Assembly (NCBI RefSeq): GCF_009914755.1
Contig: NC_060929.1
Length of the DNA stretch: 64,000 nucleotides
From: the human T2T-CHM13v2.0 reference genome, Homo sapiens
Strand: one strand, 5' to 3'
Positions 1 to 45,568 of this stretch are shown one piece after another. Both the position numbers and the translations under genes were made by a program. Position 1 is the first letter of the stretch. Each line of letters opens with the position of its first letter. The notes under the pieces were generated by a model. That model made no database searches, was not told the origin of the DNA, and saw nothing but the letters and a program-made list of their open reading frames with translations.

Positions 1-227
1 TCTCAATATCCATGCTGTGGTCAATCAGGGCTATCACTATCTTGAAGATAGATGGCTTTATAATATGGAGACTACATTGTTTACCAGGTAAAGTAGCTCC
101 AAAAAAAAGTTAGAAAAAGTTGGGCTTTAAATCTAGCACTGACAACTGCTTAGTAACAGTGAAACTGAGGTCAGTCAATGTCAAGTTCAACACCTTTGAG
201 GTTGATAAAGGAAAAGTGGTAACTTAC

Positions 228-10906
<10,679 letters not shown>

Positions 10907-11352
10907 CTTGGCCCCGAAGTCTCCAACCCTGAGGAGAGACGGTCTGGAAGGGCCGAAACCCTGGAATTCTGGGAAATAGTGTACCGGCGTTGGTTCGCGG
11001 TGCCTCCTGGGAAATGTCGTTTTTCCCCTTAAGACAAAGCAAGCACCCTAAACCAGTTACCCTGTGCACTCCTGTTAAGATTGTTGCTAAGGAAGGACAG
11101 GAGTTGGCTGCTGAAGCCTCAAGATTTCCTTTAGGCTCTTAGGTAAGAAATGTCTAAGGTTCAAGGAAAAAGGTTAAGTTGGAAGAATCCCAGGCAAAAT
11201 AAGTGCGAATCCACGACAGTTGGTAACCCGGACCCACATTAGATCTCAGAGGTCAAGCAGAAGCGAACGACTGGAATTCCAGTCAGGCCCGCCCCCTTTC
11301 CTTACGCGGATTGGTAGCTGCAGGCTTCCCTATCTGATTGGCCGAACGAACG

Positions 11353-11368
11353 CAGCGCGTAATTTAAA
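11353..11368 (+). promoter_or_regulatory. CDE/CHR cell-cycle (G2/M; DREAM/MMB-FOXM1) element of KIF20A
   Basis: CAGCGC, 4-nt spacer GTAA, then CHR TTTAAA, just downstream of tandem CCAAT boxes; canonical G2/M promoter layout. Confidence 0.8.
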
Positions 11369-11394
11369 ATATTGTATCTGTAACAAAGCTGCAC

Positions 11395-11494
11395 CTCGTG
11401 GGCGGAGTTGTGCTCTGTGGCTGCGAAAGTCCAGCTTCGGCGACTAGGTGTGAGTGAGCCAGTATCCCAGGAGGAGCAAGTGGCACGTCTTCGG
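11395..11494 (+). other. KIF20A: KIF20A non-coding exon 1 (5' UTR; start approximate)
   Basis: Strong donor CGG|GTGAGT after 11494; exon 2 acceptor TTTTTAG ends at 11951. Confidence 0.75.
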
Positions 11495-11972
11495 GTGAGT
11501 GTGCGGCTGTGCTGGAGCCCGGGTTACCAGCTCTTGCCCGCGCGGAATAGGCTTTAAGAAATCGGAGCTGCAGCCATCTGTTTTTCTCTTAATGCTGCAT
11601 CTCTGTTCTCACGGTGGTCCTTGGGGTGAGGTTAGAGAAGGAGCCGAGGGATCCTGACACCACCTCCACAGCACCGGCGGGCGAGGTGCCCTACTTTAGG
11701 CGTAGCCTTCTGCTTTTGGAGCCAGATGTCTGTGGACTTCTGTTCGCGTTCAGAAATGCCGCCTCAAACTTCTCTCAATTGTTCATTAAGTGAACTTCTC
11801 TCATTCCCTTCCCCTTTGCCGATAATTGGAGGGGAAAAGAAGTAGGAAGCGGGACACGGTGTCCTGGGGCAAGGGACTTATTACCTAAAATTCGCGGCCC
11901 CTTCTGTCCCTAAAGGTTCTTCTCCCTGCCCACTTTTTGGTCTCTTTTTAGACCTAGGCTGCCCCTGCCGTC

Positions 11973-12137
11973 ATGTCGCAAGGGATCCTTTCTCCGCCAG
12001 CGGGCTTGCTGTCCGATGACGATGTCGTAGTTTCTCCCATGTTTGAGTCCACAGCTGCAGATTTGGGGTCTGTGGTACGCAAGAACCTGCTATCAGACTG
12101 CTCTGTCGTCTCTACCTCCCTAGAGGACAAGCAGCAG
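11973..12137 (+). CDS. KIF20A: KIF20A exon 2, coding part (MSQGILSPP...LEDKQQ)
   Basis: 165 nt; donor GTAAAG. Confidence 0.95.
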
Positions 12138-15100
12138 GTAAAGGAACTGGGGAGTGGCTGGGGCGGAAAGTGATATCCTCAGGCCAATAATTGTCCATAC
12201 AGGGTAGTATGAGGTCAAAGACTAGCAATCCTAAAGGTCTGAGATCAATTCAAAATTAAGGGCATTTAGGACAAAATGGCTATGAAAAGAAAAAAAGAAA
12301 AAAAAATTAAGGGCATGACAAGTAAAAAAAAAATTGAGTTGTGTGTCCAGAAGAACTATAATTTGCATTGCATTAATGAAATACCCTCAAATGCATGCTC
12401 TTAGTTAATCTTTCAGGGAATAATAGTTATCTCTCTTTGCCTTGAGGCCCAGTTGTGCTAAATAATTTGCACAAGGTCATATAGGCATTATGTAAGTGGA
12501 ATGTATGTTCAGGTTTTAATAGTATCACCATAGCTTCAATTTGTTGTAGGTTTCCTGCTAGGCCAGGGTTTCTCAGTTACAGCATTATTGACATTTGGGG
12601 CTAGACAGTTCTTGTAGGGATCTGTCCTGTACATTTCAAGATGTTTAATAGCATTCTTGGCATTTACCCACTAGATGTCAGTAGTGCCTTCCCATTTGTG
12701 ACAATCAAAAAATGTCTTCAGGCACTTCAGGCATTGCTAAATGGCCCTTGGAGTGGAAATGACCCTGGTTGAGAAACACTGTACTAGGTCCTATGCTAAA
12801 CATTAACATACATTGTCAGATTTTGTGCTCTTATAGAGTTTCTCTTAGAGACTTATAAAGTTCCATGAGAGCATGGTCCTTGATGATGTCTCTCACTATG
12901 GACTATCAGAGCTTCTCAGTTCCTAGGCCATAGTAGACACTCTAAATATCTGGGTTTTTTTTGTTTTTTGGGTTTTTTTGTTTTCGAGATGGAGTCTCGC
13001 TCTGTCCCCCAGGCTGGTGTGCAGTGGCACAATCTCTGCTCACTGCAACCTCCGCCTCCCGGGTTCAAGCAGTTCTCCCTGCCTCAGCCTCCTGAGTAGC
13101 TGGAATTACAGGCACCTACCACCAAGCCCAGCTAATTTTTGTATTTTTAGTAGAGATGGGGTTTTGCTGTGTTGGCCAGACTGGTCTGGAACTCCTGACC
13201 TCAGGTGATCCACCCTCTTTGGCCTCCCAAAGTGCCGGGATTATAGGCGTGAGCCCCTGCACCCAGCCTCTAAGTATCTGTTGAATGAATGACATAGGTG
13301 CTATTATTAACCCCATTCTGCAGATGAGGAAACTGAGGCCAAGAATTTCAAGAACTCATAATTCAAGGTCTCATAGTTACTAAGTCATGGAATTGGGACT
13401 CAAATTCAAGTGTTTGCCTCTGCTTTGCTTTAATATCACATACTAATTTTCATACCAGTCAATAAATTCGAACTCAGATCATCGGTGTGGCAAGCCACAT
13501 TTGCAGGATAATGACGAGACAGGGAAGGGTGACAAAGTAGTAAAAATGTCCATGTGGGTTGGAATGATTGTGGAACCAAAGAGTAGCTGCACAGAGACAT
13601 TTGAGGTGAAATGGGGTAGTGTTATCATAGTTCCTAGAAACTACTGTTTGCCCATTTGCTCAGAGGTAACTGCTGAAATTAATCTGTGGTTCTGGGCTGG
13701 GATTCTGCCACAGGTTCCATCTGAGGACAGTATGGAGAAGGTGAAAGTATACTTGAGGGTTAGGCCCTTGTTACCTTCAGAGTTGGAACGACAGGAAGAT
13801 CAGGTAAGTGTCTGAGAAGGGAGGATTCAAGGTGAAATGATGCAGTACAAAAGATTCCCAGGAATGCCTTCTGTGACAACTGTATTTTCTCCCTTCTCAG
13901 GGTTGTGTCCGTATTGAGAATGTGGAGACCCTTGTTCTACAAGCACCCAAGGACTCTTTTGCCCTGAAGAGCAATGAACGGGGAATTGGCCAAGCCACAC
14001 ACAGGTTCACCTTTTCCCAGGTATGGAGGGTACTGGTTTGTGAACAAAAGACCAACATGTAAGGGCAACTTTATTCCCTCTTTAGAGGGAAAGCTTCTCT
14101 TCCTGACTGTGAGTTCCTTGTATATGCACACCTACAATTTTGAGGGCCCTAGTTATGTGTTAGTCAATGTGTCAAGTAACATATGTATATCAGTTCTGAA
14201 AAATTCTATTGTTATTATCATTATTTCCTTATTTTCCTCACAAGGATAGTGTGGCTCAATGAATGTAATATTGCTGAAGCCATGTAGCTAGTCACTAGTA
14301 GAGTTAGGACCTGAGTCTAGATCCATGTATCTCCAAAGCCCATACTTGTGGGCCATTATATTGCCCCATTGTGTGTGCAGCATCAGGCCTAGGGCATAGC
14401 ATTCCTTAAGTGTTTGTTGATTTGGTGGAAAGATGGACTAGCAGAGAGTGCTTGAGTCCTCAGTGTTTAGGGAACAGCCAGCAGCATTGCAGGAAGAAGC
14501 TGCTTGAGTGGTCTCCAGAGCCAACCACTCAGGAAGGAATATATCTGCTGGCTCTGCACAGGAGGCAAGTGGGAGATGAAGGAGAGGCCTCTAAAAAACT
14601 GGGTCTCTCTCTAGATCTTTGGGCCAGAAGTGGGACAGGCATCCTTCTTCAACCTAACTGTGAAGGAGATGGTAAAGGATGTACTCAAAGGGCAGAACTG
14701 GCTCATCTATACATATGGAGTCACTAACTCAGGGAAAACCCACACGATTCAAGGTGAGTAGTAAGCCTTCACGGGATTCCTGATTGGCTGGTAATGGTGT
14801 TGTTTTTACCTTTTGAGACTCTGAGTTAGGGGGAGAAGGGCACTTGCCTCAGCTGTCCATCTTTCATATGCCTCCAGGTACCATCAAGGATGGAGGGATT
14901 CTCCCCCGGTCCCTGGCGCTGATCTTCAATAGCCTCCAAGGCCAACTTCATCCAACACCTGATCTGAAGCCCTTGCTCTCCAATGAGGTAATCTGGCTAG
15001 ACAGCAAGCAGATCCGACAGGAGGAAATGAAGAAGCTGTCCCTGCTAAATGGAGGCCTCCAAGAGGTAAAGCATTGGTATCCATGGCAGTGGGGGTAGGG

Positions 15101-18100
15101 GGTACAAATCTCGGGGAAGTTTTGTGCTTACCTTCTCCCTGTGCCCCTCCAGGAGGAGCTGTCCACTTCCTTGAAGAGGAGTGTCTACATCGAAAGTCGG
15201 ATAGGTACCAGCACCAGCTTCGACAGTGGCATTGCTGGGCTCTCTTCTATCAGTCAGTGTACCAGCAGTAGCCAGCTGGATGGTATGTACCGTGACTGGG
15301 CTCTGCCAAAAAATAGTAGGAACTCACTCCCTGTTCCTAATAGCTGCCAGGAGTACAGACCAGAGGTTGCAATCTAAGGTCTGCCTTCCAAGGCCCCTGC
15401 AGGCCAAAAGAGAGGTGAACTGCTCTAGGTTGATGCCCTATACATTGGCTTCTTCTCCAGAAACAAGTCATCGATGGGCACAGCCAGACACTGCCCCACT
15501 ACCTGTCCCGGCAAACATTCGCTTCTCCATCTGGATCTCATTCTTTGAGATCTACAACGAACTGCTTTATGACCTATTAGAACCGCCTAGCCAACAGCGC
15601 AAGAGGCAGACTTTGCGGCTATGCGAGGATCAAAATGGCAATCCCTATGTGAAAGGTAAAGGAACATGGGGAAAGCTGGCATGAACCCTGGAGGGCAACT
15701 GGGGAGAGACTGGCAAAAGAGTTGGATGTTCCCATCTTACACCCCTCTCCTTTGGCCCCAGATCTCAACTGGATTCATGTGCAAGATGCTGAGGAGGCCT
15801 GGAAGCTCCTAAAAGTGGGTCGTAAGAACCAGAGCTTTGCCAGCACCCACCTCAACCAGAACTCCAGCCGCAGGTGAGTAGATTGTAAGAATAAACTCTT
15901 CACTGTGTTCCAGGAAACATTAGTCCTCTGCCTGGTCATGGAAAATGTGCAATGACTTTTTGTTTTTCTTAACTTCCAGTCACAGCATCTTCTCAATCAG
16001 GATCCTACACCTTCAGGGGGAAGGAGATATAGTCCCCAAGATCAGCGAGTAAGTTTATCCATTTAGAAATTTGGGCTTCTTGGCCATAAATGATAGTTGG
16101 GAAAGCATGGAGGAGGTCCTCAGGGGAACTATGTGTTCTCCTTCTTTGGGTACAGAGATTCTTAGTGGGCCGTCCCCTCTCCAGAATTATACAAAGGGCC
16201 AGAAGGCTCATAACATGTGAGGCCCTTATGTCAGATCCTGTGCATCATTCTAGGCTGTCACTCTGTGATCTGGCTGGCTCAGAGCGCTGCAAAGATCAGA
16301 AGAGTGGTGAACGGTTGAAGGAAGCAGGAAACATTAACACCTCTCTACACACCCTGGGCCGCTGTATTGCTGCCCTTCGTCAAAACCAGCAGAACCGGTG
16401 AGCTTTTGACTATAATTCCTGGGCTCTGCAATTTGCTAAGAGACTTCCTGGACACCACTGGGGATGGTGCTAGGATACCCAAAGGGCTGGTGTTCTGCTC
16501 ACAGCTCTATTATCTCTGATTCTCTGCCAGGTCAAAGCAGAACCTGGTTCCCTTCCGTGACAGCAAGTTGACTCGAGTGTTCCAAGGTTTCTTCACAGGC
16601 CGAGGCCGTTCCTGCATGATTGTCAATGTGAATCCCTGTGCATCTACCTATGATGAAACTCTTCATGTGGCCAAGTTCTCAGCCATTGCTAGCCAGGTGA
16701 GAAGCTAGAGGTGTGATGGGTGTGCGCACTTGGAACTGGTAACTCTAAGAAAGCTCCTAGGGACTACTTATGGAGTCAAGTAAGATATTTTTTTTCCCTC
16801 TAGCTTGTGCATGCCCCACCTATGCAACTGGGATTCCCATCCCTGCACTCGTTCATCAAGGAACATAGTCTTCAGGTATCCCCCAGCTTAGAGAAAGGGG
16901 CTAAGGCAGACACAGGCCTTGATGATGATATTGAAAATGAAGCTGACATCTCCATGTATGGCAAAGAGGTGAGAATACAAGAAAGCTTTAGTGTAGCAGC
17001 TTAGTAGCTACACATTTTTCCATGGTGCCTTCCAGGTGGGCTTGTGCCTTCTGAGGGCATGAGCATCTGATGACCTCTGACATGTGTGTCTCTCCTAGGA
17101 GCTCCTACAAGTTGTGGAAGCCATGAAGACACTGCTTTTGAAGGAACGACAGGAAAAGCTACAGCTGGAGATGCATCTCCGAGATGAAATTTGCAATGAG
17201 ATGGTAGAACAGATGCAACAGCGGGAACAGTGGTGCAGGTACTAGCTGAGTGACCCCTCTTGCTCTGTCACCTGAGACAGAGGGTGGGAAGTAAGGAGTT
17301 AGGTGGAGTTGTGCCTCAAGATCTGTTCCCCAAGTTCACTCCTCAGAACCTTCACTTACCTCTCTTTTCTCCTCTGTTTCTGACAGTGAACATTTGGACA
17401 CCCAAAAGGAACTATTGGAGGAAATGTATGAAGAAAAACTAAATATCCTCAAGGAGTCACTGACAAGTTTTTACCAAGAAGAGATTCAGGTGAGTTGCCC
17501 TGAGCCAGCTCCAATTAGCTGCTCAGATTTCCATCACTAGCTTGCCTGAAGTAAAGAGATTTTATAAACTACTCCAGTAAGGGCAGGAATATATAACTCC
17601 CTTTTCTCTATTCCCCATAGTGCTTTGGGTTCAATCTATGTTTGGTGAATTGATTAAGGGTTTAGTTGGCCAGGAAATCGTATTAAGTGCTAACAACAGG
17701 TTTTCAAGGGATCAGTGTCACAAGTGCTTTGTTTGTTCAGTCATCTGTCTTAGCAATATTTTTCTGGCTCTGCAAAGAATTGTGCTCTCTGCTTCCCTCT
17801 TAGGAGCGGGATGAAAAGATTGAAGAGCTAGAAGCTCTCTTGCAGGAAGCCAGACAACAGTCAGTGGCCCATCAGCAATCAGGGTCTGAATTGGCCCTAC
17901 GGCGGTCACAAAGGTTGGCAGCTTCTGCCTCCACCCAGCAGCTTCAGGAGGTTAAAGCTAAATTACAGCAGTGCAAAGCAGAGCTAAACTCTACCACTGA
18001 AGGTGAGGAAAGAGACAGGCAGGAAACATAACAGTGGTTCAGGGAAGAGCTGTTACTTAAACCCAGGCCTTCTAACTCCTGCTCTAACATAATTTCCTAA

Positions 18101-19705
18101 ACTGCAAGCTACATCCCCCTGACATTTCAATCTAGGATACACATAGCCTCACTTTTTATATTTGCTGCAAGCTACTGTTACCTCAGTTAAAGAGGTTAGT
18201 CCAAGGCTAAAAAAACCCCACATATTTTAAGTTTCCTGTTTCCTTCCCTCAGAGTTGCATAAGTATCAGAAAATGTTAGAACCACCACCCTCAGCCAAGC
18301 CCTTCACCATTGATGTGGACAAGAAGTTAGAAGAGGGCCAGAAGGTAATTACCACCATTCTCTGTTTACCAAACTCTTACCTAAGGCAATTTCCCACATC
18401 CAACACTCTATCACTGGTTCATGTGAAGACAAGATGTTTTTTGTGCACAGTTCTGGAGAGTGGCTATTTCACTCAGCTGACTAGCCTTTCTAATTTTACT
18501 TCTCTTCAAATGGCTACCTGACCCCTCCAGATCATTATCCTGGTTGCTCTTGGCCACAATATGATTCCTACTTCCCCTTTTTCAGAATATAAGGCTGTTG
18601 CGGACAGAGCTTCAGAAACTTGGTGAGTCTCTCCAATCAGCAGAGAGAGCTTGTTGCCACAGCACTGGGGCAGGAAAACTTCGTCAAGCCTTGACCACTT
18701 GTGATGACATCTTAATCAAACAGGTTAGGGCAAACTATATACCCACTTCTGTCCTACCAGCCCACTCCAGTGTATATGTGAGAAAGGAAAGAGGACCAGA
18801 AGAAAAAGGTAAAGATTTTTAGGCTGAATTTATAGTGAGAGCAGTATATTTGCAAAATAAAAATAACTATTCTTTGTTAAGCATTTACTAAGTACCAGGC
18901 ACTGTGCTAAGTAATTTATAGGCATTTTCTGTCACAACCACCTTAGGGAGGTAGTTACTGTCATATTTCATCTAAGATGCTACTGATTATAAGAAACCAT
19001 TATTTTATGTACTACTAAGAAAAAAGTAACAATTTCTCATCAGTAAGATGCATCCTGATTCCAAAGAGATTAAAATGTTAAAATTGTGTATCTTAAACTA
19101 AACTCAACATTTAATTTGACATTTAGAGACTGAGGCACTTAGAAATTAAATTTACTCAAGCTCATACTACCTTATGTGTTAGAAGATGTCCTATTCAGCA
19201 CTGCTTATGTTTTGTTCTCAGAAAATGTCCCCTTATTCAGTTATAAGCTCCGACCTTAAAGAGTTTTAATCTTTGAAGAAACAGTTGTTAGTAACTAGTA
19301 ATGGATGGTATGTATTACCCTTAGCCCTCTCGTTTCTCTAATATACCAGACAAAAGTGTTTTCTATAACTTTATTGATCTTCCTTAGGACCAGACTCTGG
19401 CTGAACTGCAGAACAACATGGTGCTAGTGAAACTGGACCTTCGGAAGAAGGCAGCATGTATTGCTGAGCAGTATCATACTGTGTTGAAACTCCAAGGCCA
19501 GGTTTCTGCCAAAAAGCGCCTTGGTACCAACCAGGAAAATCAGCAACCAAACCAACAACCACCAGGGAAGAAACCATTCCTTCGAAATTTACTTCCCCGA
19601 ACACCAACCTGCCAAAGCTCAACAGACTGCAGCCCTTATGCCCGGATCCTACGCTCACGGCGTTCCCCTTTACTCAAATCTGGGCCTTTTGGCAAAAAGT
19701 ACTAA
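11973..19705 (+). CDS. KIF20A: Kinesin-like protein KIF20A (MKLP2/Rabkinesin-6, kinesin-6 family), complete; 18 coding exons, 890 aa
   Basis: Exons sum to 2673 nt (890 codons plus TAA); kinesin motifs RVRP, P-loop GVTNSGKT, switch I NSSRSH, switch [18 protein letters not shown]; coiled-coil stalk; ends SGPFGKKY. Confidence 0.98.
12564..12781 (+). mobile_element. MER20 (hAT-Charlie DNA transposon MITE) in KIF20A intron 2
   Basis: TIRs CAGGGTTTCTCA / TGAGAAACACTG; degenerate 8-bp TSD TGCTAGGC / TACTAGGT; internal sequence resembles the MER20 consensus as recalled. Confidence 0.8.
12955..13268 (-). mobile_element. AluS, the only Alu seen inside KIF20A
   Basis: Full-length antisense Alu; flanking CTCTAA(A/G)TATCTG duplication. 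Confidence 0.9.
13714..13803 (+). CDS. KIF20A: KIF20A exon 3 ([20 protein letters not shown]...EDQ)
   Basis: 90 nt; CAG/GTAAGT. Confidence 0.95.
13901..14020 (+). CDS. KIF20A: KIF20A exon 4 ([11 protein letters not shown]...RFTFSQ)
   Basis: 120 nt; CAG/GTATGG. Confidence 0.94.
14615..14753 (+). CDS. KIF20A: KIF20A exon 5 (IFGPEVGQ...[15 protein letters not shown]; P-loop)
   Basis: 139 nt; TAG/GTGAGT. Confidence 0.95.
14878..15065 (+). CDS. KIF20A: KIF20A exon 6 ([13 protein letters not shown]...GGLQE)
   Basis: 188 nt; CAG/GTAAAG. Confidence 0.94.
15153..15282 (+). CDS. KIF20A: KIF20A exon 7 ([10 protein letters not shown]...SSQLD)
   Basis: 130 nt; CAG/GTATGT. Confidence 0.93.
15461..15655 (+). 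CDS. KIF20A: KIF20A exon 8 (ETSHRWAQ...[14 protein letters not shown]...NPYVK)
   Basis: 195 nt; CAG/GTAAAG. Confidence 0.95.
15762..15873 (+). CDS. KIF20A: KIF20A exon 9 (DLNWIHV...HLNQNSSR; switch I)
   Basis: 112 nt; CAG/GTGAGT. Confidence 0.95.
15980..16048 (+). CDS. KIF20A: KIF20A exon 10 ([23 protein letters not shown])
   Basis: 69 nt; CAG/GTAAGT. Confidence 0.94.
16254..16397 (+). CDS. KIF20A: KIF20A exon 11 ([12 protein letters not shown]...[13 protein letters not shown]; switch II)
   Basis: 144 nt; TAG/GTGAGC. Confidence 0.95.
16531..16696 (+). CDS. KIF20A: KIF20A exon 12 ([18 protein letters not shown]...AKFSAIASQ)
   Basis: 166 nt; CAG/GTGAGA. Confidence 0.95.
16804..16968 (+). 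CDS. KIF20A: KIF20A exon 13 (LVHAPPMQ...YGKE)
   Basis: 165 nt; TAG/GTGAGA. Confidence 0.94.
17099..17238 (+). CDS. KIF20A: KIF20A exon 14 ([10 protein letters not shown]...EQWC)
   Basis: 140 nt; TAG/GTACTA. Confidence 0.93.
17387..17489 (+). CDS. KIF20A: KIF20A exon 15 (SEHLDTQKE...EEIQ)
   Basis: 103 nt; CAG/GTGAGT. Confidence 0.94.
17804..18002 (+). CDS. KIF20A: KIF20A exon 16 ([10 protein letters not shown]...LNSTTE)
   Basis: 199 nt; TAG/GTGAGG. Confidence 0.94.
18253..18344 (+). CDS. KIF20A: KIF20A exon 17 (ELHKYQKML...EEGQK)
   Basis: 92 nt; CAG/GTAATT. Confidence 0.94.
18586..18723 (+). CDS. KIF20A: KIF20A exon 18 ([10 protein letters not shown]...DILIKQ)
   Basis: 138 nt; CAG/GTTAGG. 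Confidence 0.94.
19388..19705 (+). CDS. KIF20A: KIF20A exon 19, coding part ([10 protein letters not shown]...SGPFGKKY*)
   Basis: 318 nt to TAA at 19703-19705. Confidence 0.95.
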   Translation, partial: DQTLAELQNNMVLVKLDLRKKAACIAEQYHTVLKLQGQVSAKKRLGTNQENQQPNQQPPGKKPFLRNLLPRTPTCQSSTDCSPYARILRSRRSPLLKSGPFGKKY

Positions 19706-19931
19706 GGCTGTGGGGAAAGAGAAGAGCAGTCATGGCCCTGAGGTGGGTCAGCTACTCTCCTGAAGAAATAGGTCTCTTTTATGCTTTACCATATATCAGG
19801 AATTATATCCAGGATGCAATACTCAGACACTAGCTTTTTTCTCACTTTTGTATTATAACCACCTATGTAATCTCATGTTGTTGTTTTTTTTTATTTACTT
19901 ATATGATTTCTATGCACACAAAAACAGTTAT

Positions 19932-19990
19932 ATTAAAGATATTATTGTTCACATTTTTTATTGAATTCCAAATGTAGCAAAATCATTAAA
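19932..19990 (+). terminator. KIF20A polyadenylation signals (ATTAAA at 19932-19937 and 19985-19990)
   Basis: Two ATTAAA hexamers about 230 and 280 nt after the stop; U-rich and TGTA elements upstream. Confidence 0.7.
19957..19962 (-). terminator. CDC23 distal polyadenylation signal (AATAAA on minus strand)
   Basis: TTTATT on plus strand, about 1.3 kb past the CDC23 stop; more proximal minus-strand AATAAA at 20442, 20471 and 20643. Confidence 0.65.
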
Positions 19991-21269
19991 ACAAATTATA
20001 AAAGGGACAGAAAAATTAAGAATCAAACATCACTCTGGACCATGGGAACCTTGAAAAGGCATGGCAGTGGAGACCAGTAACTAGTATACAGCTTGCCTGA
20101 GAAGGCTTAGTAACAAATGAATTCAAGTCGTATTAGATATTCTAAACCTTCCTTAATATAAGATGAAGTGTCATATGTTAGGAGGTAAAAACGTAACACA
20201 AAATTCTGGGAATAAGAATAAAGTCTGGACCCTGAGCTCAGAATGATCCATAGCATCTACTGTGCAAATATATTACAGCAGACATTATAGCATATTACCT
20301 CCTGCTGTACACACATGCACAGGCCTGAAACTCTCCAAGAGCACCATAAGAATGATTCCCTTTACCTCATCTAGATAAAGGCTGAAAAAAATGTATTCTG
20401 TTGCAGATGGGAGGGAAAAAAATAGACAATTACGTTGAAAATTTATTAAAACAGACCAGCTTGAAGTGAGTTTATTCTTGTCTGTATAATCACCAATGTT
20501 ATTTCCAAATGTCCGTGAAATTATCTATAATCCTATCTCCTTGCTTGCTTTGGTAGGAGTATAGCTAACAATATAGCCATCTTTTGCCCTCAGTAAGGGC
20601 TATCAGCAGTTCCAAGCTCTGTGAGATTATTTTTGCCCTTCTTTTATTCAACTCTAGTTGAATAAAGTTACTTCCAATTTGAAAGCTTTAGAAGACCCCC
20701 CCAAAACTGTTTTGGAAGATTGTCTCCCTAGAGAGTAAGAACAAATGGATAGCTCTATTCCATTTAAACCTAATCTCTGACATCAGAATAGGGATCATGC
20801 TCAGCAAATCCAAGAGCAAGGTCATTTGTATCCATTGCTCTGACTTCTTCCTAGGGTACTCAGTGCCCTACTGCCAGCTCAGGGTAGAGTGGCAGACTTT
20901 CCTCCTTTCTTTCACTCTCAGCAGCATTGAAACTTTGTTCCTGTAGCATTGCCTGTGCTAAAGTGCTATAAAAGGGACTTTCTTGGGGGCCAAAAAAAAA
21001 AAGCATTCAGGGAAGAAGGCCAAGATCTATAGCCACTCTTTGGACATAAGTGAGACAGAAGTACTTCTAACTGGCAAGATAATGTCTGTTCCTGCCAGGA
21101 TTCTGTCAGTTGGCCTCTGAAGGTAATTATACAAGCTGTCCCTATGGAGCTGTTGCCATCTGTAGAAACAAGAAGAGCTGAGGTCCTTGGAACAGACGTG
21201 CTGTTCTTTACATGGAGGTAAGGCTTAATTAAGATGGGTCTAACAATGTGCTGGCTTGAGAGTAGCCAA

Positions 21270-45559
<24,290 letters not shown>

Positions 45560-45568
<9 letters not shown>

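Noticed and set aside
15066-15152. KIF20A intron 6 (87 nt) and CDC23 introns 7 (81 nt) and 14 (75 nt) are multiples of 3
   Set aside because: Each contains an in-frame stop, so retention cannot give an extended protein
15226-15684. 152-aa ORF spanning KIF20A intron 7, suggesting intron retention
   Set aside because: Intron 7 is 178 nt, not a multiple of 3, and the upstream part is out of frame with exon 7
19371-19658. Antisense ORF over the last KIF20A exon (also 21256..21516 and 45411..45608 antisense to CDC23)
   Set aside because: Shadow ORFs of real coding exons with no independent support
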